Assembly: GCF_009914755.1 (NCBI RefSeq)
Contig: NC_060926.1
Reading direction: 5' to 3' (one strand)
DNA length: 64,000 bases
Source of the DNA: the human T2T-CHM13v2.0 reference genome, Homo sapiens
A model generated the notes under the pieces. That model did not search any database, had not been told where the DNA came from, and worked only from the letters and a program-made list of their open reading frames with translations. Of the stretch, positions 29,146 through 43,385 are shown piece by piece; position 1 is the stretch's first letter, and every line of letters begins with the position of its first letter. The position numbers were made by a program, and so were the translations under genes.

Positions 29146-31606
29146 AGAAACTACCTCTTAATTTTTAAACCAATAAAAATATTTTGCAACAGATTTCTTC
29201 CTAACTAAAAATGAAAATGGAATATTTTTCACAGAGGTAGATAATTAAACAATATTTCGAAAGTATTTATTGAACAAGCTTATTTTTGAAATATGTTGGT
29301 GCTTGCATAAAGTCAGTCAGTATATAATATGCATATTTCACACAGAAATCCAATACATTTATAAATACATAGACCATAGTTCTATATACTATGTGATTGG
29401 CTCTTAATGGCATTTTATATTTCAAAGCACTTATGAATCCCCTTGAAAATGTTGCCTTCTTAAATAATCATTGTTTTAGATGCAAGACATTAATGAAATT
29501 GCTTTGGAATTACTATTCATGAATCTTCTGATTTGGGTCCATTAATATGGCCTTTGTAGAACTACCTCTCCTCCCTCTAACTTGCTAAATTTAGATTAAA
29601 TAATTTAAGCTCAGGCTTTCCTTACCAAATTGTTCATTTTTCTGGTTCTTCTTTCTTTTCTTTCTTACTGATGTACTCAAATATTACTTTTATAGAACTG
29701 AGATAATGGGTGGATTTATTGTTCTTTTATCCAAAGTGATTCTTCCATCACTGGATTGACTGGATTAGTGAGCATGTGGAGCTCAGTAGGATGGGTCCTG
29801 GAGAGTGTTAGGGTTGGTGTAAAATGAATGACAACAGCTTAGTCACACTTGAAAAAATATATTGGCTCGAGTTTCCAAATAACCTTCCAAAATGAAAAGC
29901 ACAAATACTGTGGGTTTCTACAGAATCAAATATGACTGTAATGTTTGTAAAAAGGATTAGTTATTGGAGGTCACTTCAATATTAGGTGGGGAAGTTTAGA
30001 AATACTAAAAATGGGGAGACCAGAAGCATTAAATCCAAAGCCAAATACAGGTTGCAGATGCTCTGGGTAATGGTTGCCAGTCCAGCCGTCATCTGAGTGA
30101 CGCTGCTGGTGTTCCCTGCACCTTCCAGAGCCGTTCAGAAACACAGGCTGCCAGTTTTTAATGCATTATGGCAGATTATGAGACACCTCTGTCATCTGAA
30201 TAAACACGTAGCTGGGCAGAAGTTTTCAATATCAGTTCTTTATGTGATAGGATCCAAAATTTATCTCATTTTTAAAAAGAGCCCCAGAGATGAGGAAACA
30301 CTCTCTGGTAAATTTACTTGATTGAGAGTCACCCACATTTCTTTTAAAGGTATGCTCACCAGAGACCCCATCTGGAATGTTCCACTCAGAGGCTCAGACC
30401 TCTGGTTGATTTAATTATGTGCTTCCTAGGATTGTGCATTTAATTATATATACACAACAATTCCTAGCACCGGTTTCTTTTGTTATTCTGTGAGAAAACT
30501 GGCAGCCATTTTGAACTGTGGAAGAGTATTCTGCATCTGCAGGAATTACTCATCTGTGGTATTGAAGAAAGGAAAAATTAGCCATTGGTACAGGAAAGGG
30601 AGGAAGAACAAAATACACTTACATAGCAGAATAGTAGTTTCACAGTCTAGTAGACAAGCAAATAGGAGGCTGATGCTGTGGACAGACTATAAATCAATTT
30701 CTGATTTCTTTGGTCAAATTGTAAATCATCACTATGCGCTAAGCTACCATGCATTTCCAGGTGAGAGTATACAATACTTTTGTGATTGTGTGTTGTTTGT
30801 AATAGCTCTCTCTGAATTACAGGTGATTAGAAAACCCTGTTAGAAATCAAGTTGTTGTTGTTTAATTCTGGATATATTTGCTTTAGTGATATTATGCTGC
30901 TGGAGAATGGAATTATATCTACTTTTATAAAACTATATTAAAATCCCATGGGAAATCTATTTCTATGAAAAAAAAACTTGTCTTTTGTTCAGGCCCCTCT
31001 GGATAAAGGGGAAATGTTGTTGATCACAATGGCCCCGAAATGACTGTCCCATCACACTAGGTCAGCTCCTTCCAGATAAGGTGCTATGGGTCCTGGAGGG
31101 TGCCTAGAATATTCATGATGTGGTTCAATGAATGGATAACAACTATACTTAAAATAATGAATTACTCCTCATTTTGCAGTTGGTAACTCTGTCTTGCTCA
31201 TAGATCCCAAATTTCTAAACTCAAAGGAGAAGCTAAGGAAAGAGGGGGTGGTTCTAAACTTTTAAGAAACGAATGGAGATCCTTGTAGGCAACATTCGTT
31301 TGACAAATTTCATAGAAACTTGTGACTTGTTGGCCCTAGAAGAGTCAATGTTGTCTTATGTAGAATTTCATTTGAGACATTCAGGATATAAATTTTTTTT
31401 TCTAAGTTTATTGGTAGTTGAGAATCAGTTCCATTTTATGGCCTACTTTTAAGGTACTTACACAATAAAAAGAGATATTAGTTAACTTTAACATCAAAAT
31501 ATTGAAATCTGATCCCTTGCCTTACAAACTAAGTTAGGGCTCATATTTTCCAATTACCTCTTTCTTCAAAAGAACTCTTCTATGAAAGAGTACATACAAA
31601 TGGAGG

Positions 31607-31901
<295 letters not shown>

Positions 31902-34900
31902 TGTTATTTAAAATTCTCTTAATGGTAGGATGCAATCTAATGTCAAAGATGTGTAGCGTCAAAACTTTAGAGAGCAAAGCAACAACTTGACACATATATT
32001 TATTTGATACTTTAGATTAAGGAGGCCATAATTTCTGAAACTCTGGAATGAAAGGTCTAAGTATGAGATAGACATCATGTTTTTTATAGAAGACATCTTG
32101 CAGATTAATCATCTTTAAAGATGGCTTTGGGTTTAAATTTCATTCGAGGAATAAATTTGAGTTCTGTTGAATTGAGACATCTCAGAAATTAACCCCCAAC
32201 AATTTCCCTTATTCAAAATTGCTTTTACATTTATGGAAAACAAAACAAACTTTTTAAAAATCAAAGTTGAGAGCTTTCACCTTTTAATAACAGTTTCAAA
32301 CTTAATATAGCTTATTAAGAATTAATATAATAACTCTTTTTATTGTTTAAGCCTCTCTTACCAGCTCTACCATGCATTAATTATTTTTCTTCTTTTGTAT
32401 TTATACAATAAATGCTTGACAAAAAAAAAAAGCTACATAATTTAAGATTTTTATGACACAATGGAAAAGTTTCTTACCCCCAGGGGAAAAAACAATTCTA
32501 TGATGTTCTCATTGTCTTTCCAGGCAAAATTTTATATATTAGAAAGAAGAAGAATATGAAAAAAAAAAAAGCTCTAGTTATACTTTCTGTGATGTGCAGC
32601 AGGTTTGGAATACATGGAACATAAAAGAATATTACATGAGCTATAAAGGGTTAATGCTGTGTGTTCTTAATTTTAAATTTCAGATAAATATGATTTCAGC
32701 TGTGATCCTACATGGACTAATTCTTTTGTCACTCAACTAATTAATTCGGTATGCTAGAGAAAAGATGCGAATTTGGGCATCAAAGAAGTGATAATTTTTT
32801 TTGTTTAATCAGTTATAAAGATAAGTTTTACTCCCATTAGACTGGGTCTGGAGCCCAATCATTTTATTCTTGTTTAGTGCAGATGAATTCCATAGAAAAT
32901 GTGCCCTGTTTCTCTTAACATCTGAAGATGGAACAGTAGGATTCAGGATTCCTGTTAAAATGGTCCTTTGCAAGGTAATTATAAAAAAAAAAATCATTTC
33001 TTCATATTGTCCGTTTGTTCTCCATGCATAACAAGGCAGACACCATCATCTGTTCGTTCCGATCATGGAATATATACAAATTGCCCATGTGTTACTTTAT
33101 GCTATGGAAAGTAAGTTGTATTTGATGTTTTATTTAGAGACTGCAGATGAGGCCTCCAGCTTCCACAGAATTTTTAGTTAGCCCTTGTTGGATTTATTTT
33201 CTTTGACATGAGTCAGTTTTTTCCTTTCTGGGCAGTTTGCTGAGATGACCCCATTTGCCTGTCAATGGTAACTTCAGAGCTGTTTCCTGTGGGGACCATT
33301 TCCTTCTGCAGGATGAATCTGTGGCCAGTGTGGAGCAAGCTGGGGCCAACTGGGCCTGGGAAGGGCAAGTCAAACGGGCAACCTCCCACAGTTGATAGAA
33401 AGTTCAGCAGTGAAGTATGGTTTGGTCTCAAAACACTCTTTCCTTTCCTAGTTTTCGGGTTTCCGGGGCAAAGGAGGTAGAGAAAAGGGAAGGAAAGAGG
33501 AAGAAGGGGATGTTGTGGGCGCACAAATGCGAAGGCAGTATCTGGCTATTGACTGAAGTCTGAATTCCAGCCATGTGATCTGTTTAAGGCAGTGTTAGGG
33601 CTTTATGCACATGCCATCAGTTGTGTCTATTTACTCAACCAGCCTTCAGAAAAGCCCGAAGATCCACTTAAAAATCATAATCATGAAAAGGAAGAAGACA
33701 TATTTTCTACTGCTTTGAAATAAGTAAACATTTAACAAAAAGAAAAGCTTTTTTAACTATTAAGAAAACATAAAAAATGCAAAAAGATCTATTTCCATAA
33801 TGTTCCTGTTAAATATCTGTCCCAGAAATCGTAAGCATTTCATCTGAGTCACTAAGGCTCTTGACTACCATGTTTTGAAGCCAGTGAAAGTGTATGAAAG
33901 CAATTAATCAAAGTTCACTGCGCTCCTGAAGAGTATTTCTTCTTCTGGAAAGCAGAGGGGTAGAATAACTTAAAACTCAATGACAGTGAATAAGCTTTTT
34001 AGAGTCCCTGTTTGGATCTGAAAATCATACCTTATTAGTATCTTTATCTTTCTTGCCCACTCATTCACGCTTATTTTTATTTAATTTTAATTTCTGGCCT
34101 TTTTTTCATAAGTTTCCCTTTTTTTCCCCCTAACAGAGTGCTGCTTTAATAATCTCAGAGTACAGTTTTTATTTGCTACAGAAAGCTCAGCAAAAGCAAT
34201 ATCCAGTGTCTAACAAATCTCTTAACTTTTCTTACAAATCGTCCATTCAGAGGCTCTCTCTTTTGTTTGTTTGGTTTAAAAAATATTAGTTATTGGTGAT
34301 CTGTGCTTTACTTTACTTTCTGGACCCTCTAGAATTATTTTTAACGTATCTGGTATTTCTAAATCCATTGCATTTCCTAGCCCCTCCGTATGGGGAAAGC
34401 AAATTAGCTCAGGGATTCCCAGCAGCTGAATTTAGCTAGAGAGCTGCTTAAGGCTCTCCCCAGCAGATGTTTTATCCACTTAGAAGTTGTAGAACGTTAT
34501 AGGACCTCCCTGCTTTTTAATCCTAAAAACAAACATCAACATATTTGAGATCTGAAGATTCCCTGATTCAGAATGAGAAATTGCCATGACCACCAATTTC
34601 AGGGCCACATTCTAGAAATGAGTGACAACCCAGAGAAAAGTAGCTGCTACATCTTGGCTGGATAAAAAAGGTTGGCCTTAAAGAGGGTAGCAGACACAGA
34701 TACCAGTGGGATTAAACAGGTTTGTTGTTTTCATATAGCTTGTCATCATCTTGGAAACATATAAACATACCCAGGATAAATGTCTAAATAACATATCAAA
34801 ATTTAAAAATTTAATTAGAAAACTTAATTTCAGGGTTTAAACTGCCTGACCCAGTTAGGATTAATTAGGAAGATTTTTAATATTGAGTTTGTCATTCGTT

Positions 34901-36789
34901 ATTAAAGCATCAACTCACTCAGTTTCTACTTGTGTACACATCCTACAAGGCAAATCCCTATCTACTTTTGCATGCCATGGAACGGATTTAGAGTTTAAAA
35001 CACAGCCCTACTGTTGTGAAAAGCATCCTGGGTTTTGTAGCATTTTGCCTCCCTCTTTAAAAGCTACAGGCATAGCCAAGGCAGTGTGGGGGACCAGAAA
35101 TAGAATTAGAATATTTTTCCTTCTTAATGAAGATTGATGTGCAACAAACACAAATCTGTTTATTATTCTATCAATAATATTAACATAAAAGTGAGTAATG
35201 TCCTTAGGGACCCCCAAAAAGGGGTTGGGATGGGAACTCTAATTGGTCAATTTTCACTGAATTTTTATCAGTCTCATTAACTCTCAAGTACAATGGAACC
35301 ATGTGAGATAAACAAGAAAAGACCTTCATGACACAAATTTTAGAAGCAAAAGCTGCGGTTCACAAAACCATATGAGATTACAATACATGGAAGTTAATTT
35401 CATCAGCATATGCGTATGCTAATTCAGAACCCAATTTAGAATACATCTGACAAGAGAAACCTTTTATAGGGTGAATTTCAGAATCAACTATGGAAATAAT
35501 AGTAAAGGGCCTATGAACTTCTCTGCCCCTATATTTTGCTTGAACTATTTCAAACTGTGTAATTTATAAAATGTAAGGAGCTATCATGCCTAGTTTGTAA
35601 GTCAGCTAGTTACAGAGTGGACAAACAATCATCCAGGTCCAGAAAATACTATGACTGTGAAGTTTGTAGGTTTTCACATGTGACATTGTTCCACAGATGT
35701 CAGACTTTAATAGTAGCGATGACTAGATGTTGCAGTTTTTTCCAAATGCATCATAGACACCCAAAGACGTTTCCTGATAGGAGAAGGAGATATACAGACT
35801 TTGTTTCAAACTTTTCAGCTCTCTTTGGATTCATAGCTAAGCAGCTATTTTGAACAAGAGTGAATGAACTTTTTCCTTGCCTGACTTTTTAGTTCTCACA
35901 GGACATTGCTCAGGATCACTTTTGTATAGTGTGTGCACTAAGAGGATGTAGGTTGGTGGTAATAACTGCATAAACTGCCCAGTGTGATGTGGGAGGAAAG
36001 TTGTAGATAGACAGAATGTAGCCACCTTAAGAGGTGAACTAAATGAGAGAGTAGACAGGAAAAATGCCAGAGGACAAGCTGTACATATTGTAAATTTGAA
36101 TCATTCATCAGCGTATGTATGGGAGTCTAGGAGGAATTTGAATGTCATCATTACTTAGAAAACCCAAGGAAAGAAATAGAAACAGAAGAAAATATTTGCT
36201 GAGAAACTAGGAGAAAACTATTAAGAATAATATTAAAATCTTTATTATATAGAAAAAATAGGATTCTAGGGACTTAGTTTAATTGAGGGGTTAGATATTT
36301 ACCTGACAATTTATGTTGTTAATGGTTCAATTCTGTGTGCATTGGCTATTGTGATGTGTAGTGGCTGCTCAGTAAGGAATGAATGGATGAATGAATGAAC
36401 AAACCATTATCAAATTCCACTTTTCCAGATGGCTGTTCACAACCCCCCTACCTAGGCAATATAACAACATTAAGGAGGTCTGTGTGGGGGGTTTTTCTAT
36501 AACCCTCTCTGAGGTTCTTGTCTACCTTGGGTAATTCAATCTTTGATTTCTTAAATTCTACTAAGAGATCTCATTTTGTGGATAGAAACCATTTTTCTTA
36601 TACATGCTGCATCACATTAACTGATAAATTAAATGCCCTGGAATTCCTCTACTTTCTCTTTACCAGCTCCGTAAACAAGCTATTTTCCTCTCCTAGGCTG
36701 CTGATCTTTCTGAGTCTCCTTCCATCTAAGGCTAATCTCTCCAGAGACACTATCTCTATCCTCCTCCCTTATCAAGAACTTTCATCTCC

Positions 36790-37285
36790 TATGCCAATGT
36801 TCATAGCAGCCTTATTTACAATAGCCAAAAGATGGAGACAACCCCAAATGTCCATCAGTGGATGAGTGGATAAACAAAATATGGTTGTGTAACTGCAATG
36901 GAATATTATTCAGCCTTAAAAGGGAATGAAATTCTGACACATGCTGCAACAAAGATGAGTCCTGAAGACCTTCTACTAGGTTAAATAAGCCAGACACAAA
37001 CGAATAAATTTTCTGTGATCCCACTTATATGAATTTCACATAGAATAGCCAAATTCATAGAGAAGGAAAGTCAAATAGCAGTTACCAGGCACTGGAGGAA
37101 GGAGGGAGTGGGGAGTTACTATATGTAGAGTGGGTACACAGTTTCCATTTGAGATCATGAAAAATTCTGGACATGAATAGTGTGATGGTTTCTCAGTGTG
37201 AATGTGCTTAATGCCACTGAAATGTACACTGAAAAATAGCTAAAATGGTAATTTTTATGTTACGTATATTTTACCTTAATAAAGA
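36790..37285 (+). mobile_element. L1MB 3' end, nested in L2
   Basis: atgttcatagcagccttatttacaatagccaaaa (MFIAALFTIAKRW) through aaaatggtaatttttatgttacgtatattttacc and aataaa. Confidence 0.92.
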
Positions 37286-37299
37286 GGGAAAAGAAATTT

Positions 37300-38690
37300 A
37301 TTCTTCTCTGTCCTCCATCTCCGACCTCTCACTCTCTTTTCCTTTCAGCAACTGAAATATTCTATGGTATAAGCCAAATTGAAAACCTCCATCTTCAGCA
37401 CTCGACTGCACCTGCAGCTACCTCCCTCCCAGCCAACCATTACCCAGTCTATAATGGTTGTACAGACACTTATACTTACCCACCATTCACTCTTCAGATC
37501 ATGCCTACATGGCGTCTGTTCACACTACTCCGCTGACCCTTGCCAAGGCTATGAATGACTTTATGTTGCCAAATCTAATGAACGCTTTTCAGTCCTCACC
37601 TCGTTGGGCATCTCAGCAGCATTCCCATCTGTTGACTTTGTCCATCTTCTTGCAGCATTCTTTAAACTCTTTTGCAACCACATTCTCTTGACTTTCTTTC
37701 TAGCTCTCTTGCTGTTCTTTCTCTATCTCTGTTGTCCACCTGCCTCTCCCCCAACCCCCACTCGTGTCTCTGATCTTTAAGTGTTACAGTTTTTCAGGAC
37801 TTAGGCATGGACTCATCTACTGGAATTTCCCAAAGATATATTACAATAATAATCATGTTTTAAATTGAATCTTTTGATACCTCTTCATTGACTCACCATT
37901 TCCAAATGACTATCTTCTCTTCTCAATGGCCACTTCTCTAGTTCAAGCCACTGTCATCTTTCACCGATTCCTGCAGGGATCCCCAGTCAGTTAAATCACT
38001 GGTTTTAATTATGTTACTGCTTTTACTTGCTGCTTTTTACTTCAGCATCAGGATGGTCTTTTTAAAATATTCATCACATTGTATCACTTCTGCTCAAAAC
38101 ACTTGGTTCCTCTGCCGTTTCTCCTCCACTAACTCTGTCTCCTAGTTTCCTCACCTAGCTTCTCTGCGCCTTGAATGACTGAGAAATAACCTCCCATCAC
38201 TCTTAGATTAAACCACAAGCTTCTCTCACACCTGTCCCCATTGGCTTTTCCATCTGCATCCTGGCGGAGTTTCCTCTCTCATCTCCCAGCCTCTGGCCTT
38301 CTTTTACTGTTTTGAATACATCAAGCCTTCCCCACACATGTCCTTTGCATGTGCTGTTTCCTTCACCCTCAAGACTTTTCTCCCACTCTTCACTTGTCTG
38401 GAACTTCTCACTCTTATATTCTCAGCTTAAATCTATTTTTTTCACTGAGGCATTTCCCAGGCAGTCACTTCCCTGTTATTGTCTCTTCTAACATCCTTTA
38501 CAGCACTTATCACAACTAACAATTATGGATGTATACTTGTTTGGTAACTGTCTCCTCTGTTAAAATGTAAATTTCATGACGATATTGTGTGGTTTTGTAT
38601 GCCAACATAATATTAACCTATATCAATTGCTTATAATTTCTGACAGCTAGTGGATACCTAATAAATATTTTTTGAAGGAGAGCGAGTAAG
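37300..38690 (+). mobile_element. L2 LINE (RT region to 3' end)
   Basis: ttgccaaggctatgaatgac...gccaaatctaatg...ttttcagtcctcacc...tctcagcagcatt matches the L2 RT motif (KVTNDL..AKSNG.FSVL.LLDLSAAFD); ends ataaatatttttga. Confidence 0.85.
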
Positions 38691-39354
38691 GAAAGAAGAA
38701 AGATTTTTCCATGAATCTGTTTCATATGACCTCTATAGAAATGAACAGAGAAATGGACAGGTGTTTTAAGCAAACTTATAATTCATGAACATCTAAATTT
38801 ACATAAAGCGTATGTTGAAAGGTGATTTTTCCACTTTACAAAAAAGATCCATCATAAGATTCTTTAAACAGGCTTCCCAGGTACATGTAAAATAAGATTT
38901 TATTGATTAAAGCCATATGTTTGCACAGAATTTTTTAGGAAAATATCTTTTATATAAAGTAAGGTTGACCTCTAAGCAATTTCCTTAAGGCACCTAGCCC
39001 AGAATTGCCAACTCTCAAATTTCTAAGGTAACAGATAATGGGAGGCCTGGAATGCAGTGCATATTTGAAACTCTAGAATATAAAGTAGTAATTTTAGCCA
39101 TTCAGGGTTCGTGACTTTTCTCACAAAAATAGCTAATGGGAAGATAAACCTCCTCAATTCCTCTTTCTATATCTCAGTAAAAGTAAGAGTGGCTGTGAAA
39201 TGATCCCCACAAAGGCTGCTACAGAAAGGAAAACAAAGGCTTGGAAAGTCACCAAGTTGAATCTTTCCCCCTCACTCTCTCCCCCGGTCCACTACTGCCA
39301 CTACTGATAATTAAGTTGTCTTATTGCAAAATGAAAAAGAATTCAGTGTGTTAA

Positions 39355-39420
39355 TAAATAAAATGCAATTAACTTCTCTGGGTCTCAATTTCCTCATCTT
39401 AACAATGCGGGAGTTTTTGT
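39355..39420 (+). mobile_element. MIR core fragment
   Basis: ttaacttctctgggtctcaatttcctcatct. Confidence 0.55.
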
Positions 39421-40274
39421 TTTTGTTTTTAAGATTATTGTTTTATAATGCTTTTCTTGGGCCTACCCAAACTTTACAAAATAAGGTAATTTGTAATCAT
39501 TTTCTCTGGCTAATAAAATAAATTTCACATGTATTTCTGCCCTTCTTATTGGAAACTTGAATCGAGGATCATGAACTTTAAATCAAAGCATTTATAATAT
39601 TTGTAGAATTGCTTGATTTGACTGTTATTGGCAGTTCTTGCTAAGAAGAAAATACTTTGCAGAATTTACTTTCAACTAACATGTTTTTTTTCTTACCAAA
39701 CATATTCCACTGTGAGGGAAGGATAATGAGCTATTGCTGAACTGCAGTACAAGTCAAACATTTTAGCTACCAGAAACAAAAATAATTTATTGGGTGTGGT
39801 AATAAACATCAAGGTAGGCTAGGAAATGGTTAGTTTTACCCTTCAAAAACAAGACTGCTTTTACCTCAGAAATCCCAAAAGCTGCAAATATAGGAGAAAT
39901 AATATGGGACATGGAAAAAAAAGAAAAGCCTGATACCTGTAAAGCTTTTGGCAAAATTTTTGCCCTCATCAACCTCCTAAAGCATTATTTCTACCCTGAC
40001 TCCCCACCGTGTTGAATATTTTGCCCAAACATTACTATATTTAATGACATTTTAAGCAAAAGTTATGTATCTCAAGTGATGTACTGAGCTATTAACTTCT
40101 CACATAAACATACTTAGAGTAATAATGTTGACCCCTAAGACTCTTCTGCATGGGTCTGGAATGCTAAAGAATGTATTCATGAAAACATTATTTAGCTATC
40201 TCCTGCTTTGTAGGTTAAGGAGAAGTCTTGAATGTATCAGGCAAATCTGAATTATATTTGAAAGTTAATGTTCT

Positions 40275-40581
<307 letters not shown>

Positions 40582-41154
40582 GTTCTTATATTTTTGTCTG
40601 TATTTTTCTCTTTTCCGTACTTCTGTAAATGATACATGGATATTTCTTCAGTGAAAAAAAAGGAATAAATTCAGAAAGGGAATCAGGAAAGAGAGAAAAG
40701 GACAAAAAACTAGACTGGGGGATGATAGCATTAGAGCTGACAGTTGGTTCGCCAGAGTCCCAAGACTAGACTGGCTACAACCAAAAAACTACAGTAGGAG
40801 TAGAGAGAGATGGAGAGATGGCAATGGAGGGAGAAAATTTAGGAAAGAAGACTTGCTAATTGAAATAGTAAGTTGAGAAATATGCAGAATACTGGAAGAG
40901 GCTTCTAGGAAAGGCAGGACCATGGCACAATTATGAATATAAGCAATGCCACCTTCCAGGTGTGATACTCAGAGCTCCGACTTGACTAACATCCTCTACT
41001 ATGGGTCAAAACACAGTCTAGGAAGCTGCAAATAGATGCCCATTGCTATGGGATTCTGAAGAAGACAGAAACATGTGCTTGTTTTATGATTCTTCTATTA
41101 TTCTGATTGCTTACAGTACAGGACTTTCTTCAAAATTTATATGTCAGGTCCTCA

Positions 41155-41552
<398 letters not shown>

Positions 41553-41557
41553 TCTAG

Positions 41558-41998
<441 letters not shown>

Positions 41999-42149
41999 TA
42001 ATTGCCACTGTGCCCTTGTAACTATATACATCCCAGGCACTCAGGAATGCTCAGAACATACTAACCCAGAGAAACCTCCCTTTCTGGGGAATTGTATTAT
42101 ATTTTCATTGTGTTCCAGAGCTGACTCAGGAAGCTGGGGCTGCATTAGA

Positions 42150-42335
42150 GAGTGATTGTGCATAAAGGAAAGCGTACAGGCAGAGATCGGGTTCTAATCT
42201 CAGCCCTGCCCTGACTCTGGTGGGAGGTCTTGGTCAAGGTTCGACACCTCTCAGAGCTTTTGGTTCTTCACTGGTAAAATGAGAGCATTGAACGAGGTGT
42301 TCAATAAGGCCTCTCGTGGCACTGTCATGGTGTAA
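42150..42335 (+). mobile_element. MIR3-like
   Basis: gggttctaatctcagccctgcc...tcttggtcaag...acctctcagagc...gtaaaatgagagcattgaac. Confidence 0.65.
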
Positions 42336-42627
42336 TTCCAGGAGTTTACCTTTAAGTGCCAATGACACTGGAGCTCGGGAAGCCTGCTTAGGAGATTGAT
42401 AAGCTTTTATTTACATATTAATGATAATTCTTTAGTTTCTCACTCTCTATTGCATTAATAGGTCATCATAATTAGTCTTGAATATTTGTCTATCTAAATA
42501 ATAAGGAAAATTTTCAAATTATGTATGCTTAGGCTGCCCCTTCTCCCCTACCTTCTGTCGACACATACAAAGGGAATCAGAATCTCATCACAGGAGGACC
42601 TGACGTACACATTTTAAAGAAAGTCCT

Positions 42628-42922
42628 GGCAGTAGCTTACATCTATAATCCTAGCACTTTGGGAAGCCAAGGTGGGCAGATCACTTGGGGCCAGAAGTTC
42701 AAGACCAGTCTCGCCAACGTGGTGAAACCCCGTCTCTACTAAAAATACAAAAATTAGCTGGGCATGGTGGTGTGAACCTGTAATCCCAGCTACTCAGGAG
42801 GCTGAGGCACGAGAATCGCTTGAACCCCGGGTAGCAGAGATTTCAGTGAACGAAGATCACACCACTGCACCTCAGTCTGGGTGACAGAGTGAGACGCTGT
42901 CTCAAAAAAAAAAAATAAAAAC
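42628..42922 (+). mobile_element. AluS (Sz-like), slightly 5'-shortened
   Basis: TSD taaagaaagtcct at 42615-42627 and 42923-42935. Confidence 0.96.
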
Positions 42923-43274
42923 TAAAGAAAGTCCTACCTCTAAGCAACCTGAGTAATAGAAGAATCACAAAACAAGCTGATGTTTCTGTCTTTCTCAGAC
43001 TTCCATAAAAGCACGTGATATTGTGCATGATGCATGATAAATATGAGTGAAAAGAAGGAAGGAAGGAAGGAAAGAAGAGAGAAAAGGGGGAATTTCATAA
43101 TGGCATTATTTTTCTGCTTTCATTATCTTATTTTAGTTCCATTTTATGCAAAATGATCTTGACTTACTTAGAATAAAGAAGTATGACTTAATGAGCTCAT
43201 CCCATAAATATCTTAGCTCTACCGCAAAAACAATGTGATTATTGTTAACAGCCTTCTCCTTCACGTTTCACTAG

Positions 43275-43385
43275 ATTTGGAAAGAAGAAAGAGGATAAGG
43301 GTGGAAAGGCTGAGCAGAAAGGTACTCTGAAACATGGTGGCCTGAGAGAAGAAGAGCTGGAGAAAATGAAAGAAGAGCGTGAAAG
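43275..43385 (+). CDS. PARD3B: Internal coding exon of PARD3B (par-3 family cell polarity regulator beta), 111 bp, phase 2/2
   Basis: Acceptor ccttctccttcacgtttcactag|A and donor AAG|gtgagc. Open frame (R)FGKKKEDKGGKAEQKGTLKHGGLREEELEKMKEERE(R) matches the PARD3B C-terminal region as I recall it (paralogous to PARD3 FGKHRKDDK...EEERIRMKQEQER). Purine-rich, ESE-like composition. Confidence 0.93.

Noticed and set aside
34090-34140. Long pyrimidine tract ending ctaacag
   Set aside because: No matching strong donor within exon distance.
43050-43090. (GGAA)4 purine tract as an ETS-fusion microsatellite
   Set aside because: Too short to be distinctive.
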